DNA of 64,000 bases from an uncultured Phycisphaerales bacterium (GTDB lineage: Bacteria > Planctomycetota > Phycisphaerae > Tepidisphaerales > Tepidisphaeraceae), in contig CALEKX010000112.1 in the NCBI GenBank assembly GCA_937904525.1, positions 13,811 to 77,810 on the forward strand, in the 5' to 3' direction. This document shows, in pieces, positions 47,653 to 55,579 of this stretch. A program made the position numbers and the translations under genes. Every line of letters starts with the position of its first letter. Within the stretch, counting starts at the first letter, position 1. The notes under the pieces were generated by a model. It made no database searches, was not told the origin of the DNA, and worked only from the letters and a program-made list of their open reading frames with translations.

Positions 47653-47834
47653 AAAGATGCCTCAGGGTTCTCACGAGAAGACACTTCATGCTGCTCCGCA
47701 TGCTTTCGTTGATGGCCAGCGTGGCGATCGGCGACGCGGGTGCGGACCTGCGCAATCCCTGGATGGTCGCTATCGGTTTTCTCGGCTTAGCCGGCGTCAT
47801 GTACTGGAACCACAAGTGCCCAGACTACATATGA
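47649..47834 (+). CDS. hypothetical small membrane protein
   Basis: 61 aa with hydrophobic stretches LLRMLSLMASVAIG and WMVAIGFLGLAGVMYW. Coupled to the upstream ORF. Confidence 0.3.
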   Translation: MKRCLRVLTRRHFMLLRMLSLMASVAIGDAGADLRNPWMVAIGFLGLAGVMYWNHKCPDYI

Positions 47835-47995
47835 TGCACACGATCAACTGCTGAGTTGGTGCTGAGTGCTGTGGGGCCGGATGTGACCATAGTGGCTCCT
47901 GGTTGCGGAACCGCGGAGGCACGGAGGCACGAAGGCGCGGAGGTGGCGCTGTCAGTGGCACAGGCTGAGTGCTCGATCGGGTACTGTCTTGTGCC

Positions 47996-48040
47996 TACTA
48001 TCTTCTGTTGTCTGCTGTCTTCTACCTTCTGTCTTTCCCC
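47996..48040 (+). repeat. CT-rich short-period repeat immediately upstream of the LLM oxidoreductase start
   Basis: CTACTATCTTCTGTTGTCTGCTGTCTTCTACCTTCTGTCTTTCCCC. It is preceded at 47911-47941 by the purine-rich word series GCGGAGGCACGGAGGCACGAAGGCGCGGAGG. Confidence 0.6.
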
Positions 48041-48052
48041 GGAGCCCCGTAG

Positions 48053-49072
48053 ATGCACTCTGAGGACCATCTCGTTCGATTGTCCGTGCTGGATCTTGCG
48101 CCGATTGTGCGCGGGGGAACGGCGGCGGAATCGTTTCGCAATACGCTGGATCTGGCGCGGCATGCGGAGCGGTTGGGGTTTTACCGGTATTGGCTGGCGG
48201 AGCATCACAACATTCCAGGCGTGGCCAGCTCGGCGACAGCCGTGCTGATCGGCTATGTGGCTGGCGGGACGTCGCGGATTCGCGTCGGTTCAGGCGGGAT
48301 CATGCTGCCCAATCACGCGCCGTTGGTGATCGCCGAGCAGTTCGGCACGCTGGAATCGCTGTATCCCGGGCGGATTGATCTGGGTATCGGCCGGGCGCCC
48401 GGCGGCGACATGGCGACGACAATGGCCCTGCGGCGCGACGCCGTCCGCAGCGCCGAGCGGTTTCCCGAGGATGTGCGCGAGCTGCAGACGTATCTCGGCC
48501 CGCCGATCGAGGGGCAGGTCGTGCATGCCATCCCGGGACAGGGGCTGAACGTGCCGATCTACCTGCTGGGCTCGAGCACGTTCAGTGCGACACTGGCAGC
48601 CGAGCTCGGCTTGCCGTTTGCCTTCGCGTCGCACTTTGCGCCCGACTACCTGCAGGCAGCCATCGAGCTGTACCGGCGGAACTTCAAGCCGTCGGCAACG
48701 CTCGCCCGGCCATATGTCATGGTCGGCGTGAACGTCGTCGCAGCCGATACGGACGCCGAAGCGCGGCGGCTGTTCACGTCGCTCCAGCAGCAATTCCTGT
48801 CGCTGGTGCGCCGCAAGCCGGGCCAGCTTCCGCCGCCGGTCGACTCGATGGACGAGCTCTGGACGCCGCTGGAGCGGTCGCATGTGGCCCACATGACGCG
48901 CTACTCCGCCGTCGGCGCGCCGGCGACCGTGCGGGCATTTCTGGAGAAGCTGATCGCCGAGACGGGGGCCGATGAGCTGATCGTCACGGCACAGATCCAC
49001 GATCACGCCGCGCGCGTGCATTGCCTGGAGCTGACGGCTGGGCTTGCGCCTCTTGCGCGTCGAAGTGGGTGA
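48053..49072 (+). CDS. LLM-class (luciferase-like) flavin-dependent oxidoreductase
   Basis: LSVLDLAPI...[86 protein letters not shown]. Confidence 0.85.
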   Translation: MHSEDHLVRLSVLDLAPIVRGGTAAESFRNTLDLARHAERLGFYRYWLAEHHNIPGVASSATAVLIGYVAGGTSRIRVGSGGIMLPNHAPLVIAEQFGTLESLYPGRIDLGIGRAPGGDMATTMALRRDAVRSAERFPEDVRELQTYLGPPIEGQVVHAIPGQGLNVPIYLLGSSTFSATLAAELGLPFAFASHFAPDYLQAAIELYRRNFKPSATLARPYVMVGVNVVAADTDAEARRLFTSLQQQFLSLVRRKPGQLPPPVDSMDELWTPLERSHVAHMTRYSAVGAPATVRAFLEKLIAETGADELIVTAQIHDHAARVHCLELTAGLAPLARRSG

Positions 49073-49076
49073 TTAA

Positions 49077-49155
49077 ACCACAGAGACACGGAGGCACGGA
49101 GGTGTCACCTTCAATCCCTCATCGATATTCTCCGTGTCTCCGTGTCTCCGTGGTT
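49077..49155. repeat. 26-nt inverted repeat built from CACGGAG words between convergent genes
   Basis: AACCACAGAGACACGGAGGCACGGAG (49077-49102) against CTCCGTGTCTCCGTGTCTCCGTGGTT (49130-49155), 24 of 26 complementary. The right arm overlaps the last codons (HGDTETRR) of the minus-strand gene. Confidence 0.7.
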
Positions 49156-50325
49156 CAAACCAACCGCCCAAGTCGGGATTGGCTCGAAGGCGCGGGTCTC
49201 CTCGCTTGTGCGGGCCGCCAGGCACATGGCGGCGCTCAGGATCCCGTCAGCCAGGGTGGCATGCGAAACATCCTGGCCGCGGATGACGTCCAGGAAGTTG
49301 CGGGCAAGCGTCGTGTCGCCGCCGTGGTGGCCATGGGGGATCTCGACCGTGATCGTGTCGACGGCTGAGCCGTGATGCTCGATCACCTGGATCGTCTCAG
49401 TGAACCAGTCGAAATCGAGCGTGGCGCGATAGCCGGTGATGCGCGCCCCCCTTCGGGCAGCCGACCGGCGCGATACGAAGTTCTGCGCATACGACGCGTG
49501 CGTCCCGTCGGCATAGACGATGATGGCTGTCGCGGCATCGTGATGGCGGATGGATTCGCTGAACGCACAGGCGTGATCGCCCTGCCCCATGCCGCCGTCA
49601 TCGCCGCGCAGGGTGATATTCGCGGGGCTTTCAGGACAGGCGTCCGTGCGATCGCAGGCGGAGCATCGCAGATCGGCAGGCATGTGCCCGCCGTAGATCT
49701 TCCGCGTCGACGCGGCTGCCACCATCAGCGGCTGAACGCCGATGACGCGGTTGATGTAGTCGAAATCGTGCGTCGCCTTCTGCAGCCACAGCCCGCCCGT
49801 GGTGGCGTAATCGCGATACCACTGGCCGAAGTACACACCGCCGTACGGCACATAGTTGTAGGCTTGCACCTGGTTGATTGCGCCAAGACGGCCCGAGCCG
49901 ATGATCTCCAACACGCGCTGCACCAGCGGCGTAATGCGCAGCGGGAATGACACAACCACACGCTGCTCGCGCCCGGCGAAAGCGGAACGCAGGGCCTGCA
50001 ACTGCTCCATCGAGATTCCAACGGGCTTTTCGAGAAACAGCGGCAGGCGCGTCGGCGCGACCTTGACGGCCATTTCGGTGTGCAGGTTGCAGCGCGTACC
50101 GACCAGAACGGCGTCATACTGATCGGCATACTCCAGCATCCGATCGGCATCGTCGAAGAAACGCGTCTGGTCGTGTGGGACCTTCTCGTCCTCCAGCCGA
50201 CGTCGCGCGGCATCGGGCGTCGGATCGGCAACGGCGACAAGGCTAACCGATGGATCCTCGCGCCGCAGCGTTGCGACGATGCAGGCCGCACGAACACCCA
50301 TGCCAATAACGGCTAATCGAATCAT
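49111..50325 (-). CDS. Gfo/Idh/MocA-family oxidoreductase
   Basis: MIRLAVIGMGVRAACIV...AVADP Rossmann N-terminus, EKPVGISMEQL, typical length. Confidence 0.8.
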   Translation of the reverse strand: MIRLAVIGMGVRAACIVATLRREDPSVSLVAVADPTPDAARRRLEDEKVPHDQTRFFDDADRMLEYADQYDAVLVGTRCNLHTEMAVKVAPTRLPLFLEKPVGISMEQLQALRSAFAGREQRVVVSFPLRITPLVQRVLEIIGSGRLGAINQVQAYNYVPYGGVYFGQWYRDYATTGGLWLQKATHDFDYINRVIGVQPLMVAAASTRKIYGGHMPADLRCSACDRTDACPESPANITLRGDDGGMGQGDHACAFSESIRHHDAATAIIVYADGTHASYAQNFVSRRSAARRGARITGYRATLDFDWFTETIQVIEHHGSAVDTITVEIPHGHHGGDTTLARNFLDVIRGQDVSHATLADGILSAAMCLAARTSEETRAFEPIPTWAVGLNHGDTETRRISMRD

Positions 50326-50328
50326 GGA

Positions 50329-52632
50329 TCAGTCCAACAGATAGATTTGTGCGATCCACATCAGATCAGGCCGGGCTGGGCCGCCGGCCCCGGGCTCCTG
50401 ACGGATGCGGATCGAGTGGAATGCGCTGGTCGGCAGGCTGACCGTAACAGAGCGGGCGGTATTCTGCGAGACGTTGTGGGCGATCGCCCAGTCGCCGCTA
50501 TCGCCCGCGCATGTCTCGATGAAGAAGGCCTGCGATGGATGCGACGGCTCGAAGTCGATGCGCAGCCGGCCGCCCTTGCGGGCCTGCGGCAGGCGGATCT
50601 CGACCCACGCCGCTTCACCATCCTCAGCCGATGCCCAGGCTGCCTTCGACCAGTGCAGATTGGATCGGTCCTCGATCCCATCGACGACGGGCGCGATCGT
50701 ATAGCCGGCAAAGGCGCTGGAGGGCATCAGGACCGTGCCGGCGGGAAAACCATTGGCCGGCTTGTCGAGTTTGAACGACAGCAGCTCCGGCGTCGTCATC
50801 TTCTTCAGCCATTTCGGGTCGGGCCGGCCGGTCACCTGCACCTGGTACACGTCATCCAGAAAGATCGGCGCTGCGGCGAACAGGAAGCCGAACGTGGCTG
50901 CGCGATTGGCGGCTTCCTGAATGCGTTCGACCTCGTTCTCCGGAGCATAGTCGAGCACGAGCACCTTCAGCGGATGCTTCTCGATCACGGGCAGGATCTC
51001 GCTCTGCACGCGCTTCAGGTGCCAGTCGATCGATTGCGGATAGTTCAGCATGTAGCTGCGGCTGTCGAAATCGTAGGTGGCGGTGAAGCTTTCGAGCATC
51101 AGCCCGTCCGCCAGGGGCGCCAGCTCCGGCAGCATGGAGAAGCCCTGGTTGAGGATGATGGGCGCATCGGGCAGCGCCTCGCGCAGCTCCTGCACGAGCC
51201 GGATCATGCCCGGCTTGGTGTGCGGGCGGGCGGTGGCGGTGTCGAGGGTGTCGAGGAAGATGCCGTCAAAGCCGTACTCCTCGACAAGCCGCCTGGCTTC
51301 GGCGACACGATCCGCCCGCCATTTCGGATCGTTGGCATTGGTGTAGTAGCTGTGCCAGATGGGATTGCGATCCGGCTGGCCGTCGTTGTCATCGTCGAAA
51401 TACCAGCTTGCGTAGCCGCCGGGGCCGGTGCCGTCGCCTTTGCGGGCTTCGCGCGGGTCGTCTTCGCCGACGGTGATATAACCGACGGTGACGACGCCCA
51501 GCTCGCGCAGGCGCTTCACATCCTCGCTGGCCATCTGCGGCGTGTGGAGGATGACCAGATCGTAGTGCGACAGCTCCGCCACGCGACCCGAGCCGTAGTA
51601 GCAATAGAAGCTCTGTGCTTCGCGGACCCGCTGGCGCGCAGGCAGATGGCGATTGACCTTGGGCTCGGCCATTTGCACCTGCGGGCGCGGGGCGACAGGC
51701 TTGGCGTCGACCTTCAGGCGCAGCAAGCCCTCAGCCGGCGCGAGGTCGACGCGCGTCCGCCAGTCCTCGCTCATCGCCCAGACGGCTGCGCCCATCTCCG
51801 CCGCGCCGAACAGGCCGGCCTGGACGCGAATGGTCATCCGATTGTCGTCTGTCGTCACTTTGGCTGGGCCGACGCCCTCCCACTGCCAGGCATCGCGGGT
51901 CGCACCGTTGTGCCTGTGCAGGCGATCGCCGCTGATGAGCATCTCGAATCCAAAGCGCGGATCAGCCGGCGGCTGAAAGCCGGTCTTCGCGTCGAGATCC
52001 GTATCCACAAACAGCAGATAGGTTCCCAAGGCCCCGCCCTGCCGGGCTGCAATGGTGAAGACGACCTCATCGCCCTCCTGCGTGGCCGTGAAATTGGTGA
52101 TATCTCGCGCAGCATCAGCGATCGCAGGCTCTGCCGCATCGCCGGCGGGTTCGCGGAGGGTGAGCTTGATGGCAGCAGAATCGGGGGCGGTATCGACGAC
52201 GGTCTGCCAGTCGCCGGTAAGCGTACGGATGATGAACGCGGCTGCGTCGGTTCGCAGGTGATCGCGACTGATGTGGGTTGTGAGCTTGCGATTGGCGACA
52301 GTGCGGCGGACCTCGCCGATGCGCTGCCACGTCCAGTCATCGCCCTTGCCGTTGTAGCGGTAGAGGGTCGCCCCTTCAACCATCAGATCAGCCTTGATGG
52401 CGCCCACGGCAAACCCCTGGTTGGGCTGGGTGTCGATGAGGATCTGGATGGCGTCGAAATCCCAATCGCCGGCGACTTCAGCGGTGACGATAACCGATTG
52501 GCGATCGGCTGAGACCTCGCAGGCGACCAGATCGCGCGCCGGGTCTTTCGCATCGCCTTTTGGATCGGTTTGCGCGATGGCGATGGTCGCCAGAAGCGCA
52601 ACGATCCCGACCAGATTAGCCAGCAGCTTCAT
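50329..52632 (-). CDS. secreted multidomain protein with GH114/TM1410-like putative glycoside hydrolase core and discoidin-like C-terminal domain
   Basis: Signal peptide. Core YCYYGSGRVAELSHYDLVILHTPQ...GVVTVGYITVGEDD...YGFDGIFLDTLDT resembles my memory of the GH114 (endo-alpha-1,4-polygalactosaminidase-like) family. Confidence 0.5.
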   Translation of the reverse strand: MKLLANLVGIVALLATIAIAQTDPKGDAKDPARDLVACEVSADRQSVIVTAEVAGDWDFDAIQILIDTQPNQGFAVGAIKADLMVEGATLYRYNGKGDDWTWQRIGEVRRTVANRKLTTHISRDHLRTDAAAFIIRTLTGDWQTVVDTAPDSAAIKLTLREPAGDAAEPAIADAARDITNFTATQEGDEVVFTIAARQGGALGTYLLFVDTDLDAKTGFQPPADPRFGFEMLISGDRLHRHNGATRDAWQWEGVGPAKVTTDDNRMTIRVQAGLFGAAEMGAAVWAMSEDWRTRVDLAPAEGLLRLKVDAKPVAPRPQVQMAEPKVNRHLPARQRVREAQSFYCYYGSGRVAELSHYDLVILHTPQMASEDVKRLRELGVVTVGYITVGEDDPREARKGDGTGPGGYASWYFDDDNDGQPDRNPIWHSYYTNANDPKWRADRVAEARRLVEEYGFDGIFLDTLDTATARPHTKPGMIRLVQELREALPDAPIILNQGFSMLPELAPLADGLMLESFTATYDFDSRSYMLNYPQSIDWHLKRVQSEILPVIEKHPLKVLVLDYAPENEVERIQEAANRAATFGFLFAAAPIFLDDVYQVQVTGRPDPKWLKKMTTPELLSFKLDKPANGFPAGTVLMPSSAFAGYTIAPVVDGIEDRSNLHWSKAAWASAEDGEAAWVEIRLPQARKGGRLRIDFEPSHPSQAFFIETCAGDSGDWAIAHNVSQNTARSVTVSLPTSAFHSIRIRQEPGAGGPARPDLMWIAQIYLLD

Positions 52633-52681
52633 GTCGTTGTTCTCCCGAAGTGGATGACGTCAGGCGGCGCGTGCGTAGGGG

Positions 52682-53479
52682 CTAGAAGGCTGGCTTCCAC
52701 TGCCGCTCAGCCTGGTCCCAGTGGGTATCGAAACCGTAGACCTCATTGACCTGCCCTGCCTCGTCCACGCCCTGCCGGACGCTGGTGACATGCCCGTCAG
52801 CCCACAGCACATTGACCATGCCGCGGCCATCGCCTTTGCCGTGGCGCGGCCAGTCGATCAGGTGCCATGCGTCCGGCGTAACCGGCTGGGTGTTGGGCCG
52901 ATCGCTCAACAGTGTTTCGCCGTGGCGGTTATCCGCGACGAGGATCTTCTCTGCCGCGTTCTTGATCTTGGAGAACTTGGGATACGGCTCACCGTTCCAG
53001 TCATCGCGTCCGTCGGGCGGACTGCCCCAGGGATTGACGCCCTCGCGGATGGTCATCCATGAGTTGAGGCCGTAGCTGCTGAGGGCCAGGTCCTCCTCGC
53101 CGGGCAGGACGAACGGCCGATAGGGATCGTCGTCGGCTGGGCAGACGGTGACGCTGGCGGTGCTGGTGCGGTATCCGGGCAGATCGCCTTCGAGCATCAG
53201 CCGCTGCCACCAGAAGACGCCCACTTCGTTGCCCCACTCGTCCCTCTGCGGCGTGATGAACAGATATGGCAGATGATCGCCGTAGCGTTCGGCGTACATG
53301 CGCATGGCCAGGCCGATCTGGCGAAGGTTGGAGGCGCACTTGACCGAAGCCGCCGCCCGTCGGGCGCCGTTGAGCGAGGGCAGAAGGATGGCGATCAGAA
53401 GCGCGATGATGCCGATCACAACCAGCAGTTCGACCAGCGTGAACCCGCGCCTGCGTGCCTGGGATGGGCGTGAAGACAT
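52682..53479 (-). CDS. DUF1559-type protein with prepilin-type N-terminal cleavage/methylation signal
   Basis: [28 protein letters not shown]...CASNLRQIG and C-terminal [15 protein letters not shown] 53479 has GGAGG 5 nt upstream. Confidence 0.85.
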   Translation of the reverse strand: MSSRPSQARRRGFTLVELLVVIGIIALLIAILLPSLNGARRAAASVKCASNLRQIGLAMRMYAERYGDHLPYLFITPQRDEWGNEVGVFWWQRLMLEGDLPGYRTSTASVTVCPADDDPYRPFVLPGEEDLALSSYGLNSWMTIREGVNPWGSPPDGRDDWNGEPYPKFSKIKNAAEKILVADNRHGETLLSDRPNTQPVTPDAWHLIDWPRHGKGDGRGMVNVLWADGHVTSVRQGVDEAGQVNEVYGFDTHWDQAERQWKPAF

Positions 53480-53547
53480 GCGTGCCTCCGGGGAATGGAC
53501 AGATGGCCGGCTGATGCCGGTTGTGAGAATGCCATCTTCTTGCCCAC

Positions 53548-53661
53548 TTGTCAATACAATTTTGTAACTTTCTCCCCACAACTCGCCTCTATGTCCCAGA
53601 AATACAGCCGACTACAGCGGATTCATTTTCTTGTTGACAATACAAGGTGACAAGTTATCTT
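53548..53661. promoter_or_regulatory. divergent promoter region with two copies of a GntR-type operator-like motif (TTGTCAATACAA / TTGACAATACAA)
   Basis: TTGT-N4-ACAA palindrome at 53548-53559 overlaps a minus-strand TTGACA -35. A near-copy at 53634-53645 overlaps the + strand -35 TTGACA (53634-53639). The -10 TATCTT is at 53656-53661, 7 nt before ATG 53669. Confidence 0.45.
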
Positions 53662-53668
53662 TGGGTGT

Positions 53669-54760
53669 ATGGCCGTTGCATCTCTGCCCAAATACGAGCA
53701 GGTCAAGCGCCAGCTCATCATGGAGATCGAGGAGGGCCGCTGGAAGGCGGGCAGCATCGTCCCTTCCGAAGCCGAGCTGCTGCGGCGCTTTGATGTGTCC
53801 CGCCCGACGCTGGTCCGATCCCTGCAGGACCTGGTGCGAGATGGGTATGTCTACCGCCGCCAGGGCAAGGGGACGTTCGTCGCCGAACGCCCGCCCCGCC
53901 GCCGGCTGGATGCGGAGTCTTCGCCTGCGACCGGTCGATCCGTGCCCGTTTTCGTCTCAGCTCATACTGCAGCCCTCAGCGGCGACGCGCGCGAAGTGCT
54001 GCTGCGCATGATGCGCGGCATCCAGTCAGCCCTTGGATCGGTCGGCATGGACCTGGTGCTGCGCAGCACGGTCTGCCATGAGATCGACGCTGCGACGCGG
54101 CGATTCCTCGATACCACCGAGCCTGGGCCGGCGCTGATGATCGAGCCGTCGTTCAACCTGCCGCTTCGTCGCGAGCTGGAGAAACGCGGCTGGCGCGTCT
54201 GGTCGATCAATGAGCCGCTGGACGACGGCAACTGTGTCTTCATCGATCAGGAACATGCCGGATACCTGGCGACGCGTCACCTGATCGAGCGGGGCCGCAA
54301 GCGCATCGCCCTGCTCAATGGTCCGCTGAAGGCATACTGGGGCTTCGAGGCGCGGCGCAACGGTTATCTGCGGGCGCTGGCTGAAGCCGGCATCGAGCCG
54401 GATGACGCCCTCATGCTCGAAGGCGCGCACGTCGTCGACAGCGAAGCCGGGCGGGCAATGATGCGCCAACTGCTGGAGACGAAGGTCAGGATCGACGGCG
54501 TGGTCGGCGCCAGCGACTCCAAGGCGATTGGTGCGATGGCCGCAGCGGAGGAGGCTGGCTGCGCCGTGCCGCAGGAGATCACGTTCGTCAGCATCGACAA
54601 CACGCTTGCCGACCGCACCGCCAAGCCCCTGCCGGCTGTGGCGATGCCGTTCGAAGAGCTCGGCCGACAGGCTGCCGTTTACGCCACCCAGCCCGTGCGC
54701 CCGGGCGATACGCCGTTCCACTCGAAGATCCAGCTCAAACCGACGCTCGTGGAGCGCTAG
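53669..54760 (+). CDS. GntR-type HTH regulator fused to LacI/periplasmic-binding-fold sensor domain
   Basis: KYEQVKRQLIMEIEEGRWKAGSIVPSEAELLRRFDVSRPTLVRSLQDLVRDGYVYRRQGKGTFV, followed by a PBP type-1 domain. Confidence 0.82.
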   Translation: MAVASLPKYEQVKRQLIMEIEEGRWKAGSIVPSEAELLRRFDVSRPTLVRSLQDLVRDGYVYRRQGKGTFVAERPPRRRLDAESSPATGRSVPVFVSAHTAALSGDAREVLLRMMRGIQSALGSVGMDLVLRSTVCHEIDAATRRFLDTTEPGPALMIEPSFNLPLRRELEKRGWRVWSINEPLDDGNCVFIDQEHAGYLATRHLIERGRKRIALLNGPLKAYWGFEARRNGYLRALAEAGIEPDDALMLEGAHVVDSEAGRAMMRQLLETKVRIDGVVGASDSKAIGAMAAAEEAGCAVPQEITFVSIDNTLADRTAKPLPAVAMPFEELGRQAAVYATQPVRPGDTPFHSKIQLKPTLVER

Positions 54761-54789
54761 CCAACCACATCACTTTCCGGGAGGACTCT

Positions 54790-55500
54790 ATGCAACCCAT
54801 CCGAATTGCCATACTCGCTGCGGCTGCGGGCATGATTCCAGGCGCAGCGGTGCAGGCCGTGACGTTGAGCAACCCCGTAGCCGACGGCGCCATCGTGCTG
54901 GACGACAGCCGCGACGACTGGAACGGCCTGGAGCGCTATCCCGATGACGGAAACGAAACCTACCCGATCGACATCGGCTTTATCACGATCGCGCACGACA
55001 GTTCGATGCTGTACATCCGTTACCAGATGTACCATCCCAGCCCGACGTTCTCCGGCAACTGGAAGCTGCTGATCGACACGGATCAGGACACGTCCACCGG
55101 CTACCACGGGCAGAACTCGGTGTATCAGGATGCCCTGGGCGCTGAGGTGATGATCGAAGGCGCCAGTGCCTTCCAGTTCACCGGCGCGACGCAGGACGCC
55201 TTCTCCTGGAACTGGATGGGCTTCCATGGTTTCAGCGAAACCGGCGAGGGACCCAATGACATTGAGCTGGCCGTGCCGCTGAGCTGGATCGGCAATCCGC
55301 AGACGTTCAATTTCATCCTCTGGGTGGATTCCAACAGCGACGGCGGGATCAGCGACGAGACGCTCGACGACCATCTGCCCAATGGCGCCTACGGCGGATC
55401 CACCGCCACTGTACACACGTACACACTCGTGCCCGAGCCGGCATCCCTGTCGGTGCTGAGCCTTGGCGCGATGGGCCTGCTGCGCCGGCGCAGCGCCTGA
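54790..55500 (+). CDS. PEP-CTERM-anchored secreted protein
   Basis: Signal peptide AILAAAAGMIPGAAVQA. C-terminal LVPEPASLSVLSLGAMGLLRRRSA. GGGAGG lies upstream of the ATG. Confidence 0.8.
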   Translation: MQPIRIAILAAAAGMIPGAAVQAVTLSNPVADGAIVLDDSRDDWNGLERYPDDGNETYPIDIGFITIAHDSSMLYIRYQMYHPSPTFSGNWKLLIDTDQDTSTGYHGQNSVYQDALGAEVMIEGASAFQFTGATQDAFSWNWMGFHGFSETGEGPNDIELAVPLSWIGNPQTFNFILWVDSNSDGGISDETLDDHLPNGAYGGSTATVHTYTLVPEPASLSVLSLGAMGLLRRRSA

Positions 55501-55579
55501 TCACAGACGACCCGACATCCTCACCGCCGGTGGACTCCCTGCAGGCGGTGAGGATTCCTGTCACTTCCCCTGCCCATCG

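Noticed and set aside
50347-52512. 721-aa + strand ORF (and likewise 61495-63390, 631 aa, and 63415-63996 on the minus strand)
   Set aside because: They are antisense shadows of the GH114-like gene, the large GH-like gene and the third GntR-type gene respectively.
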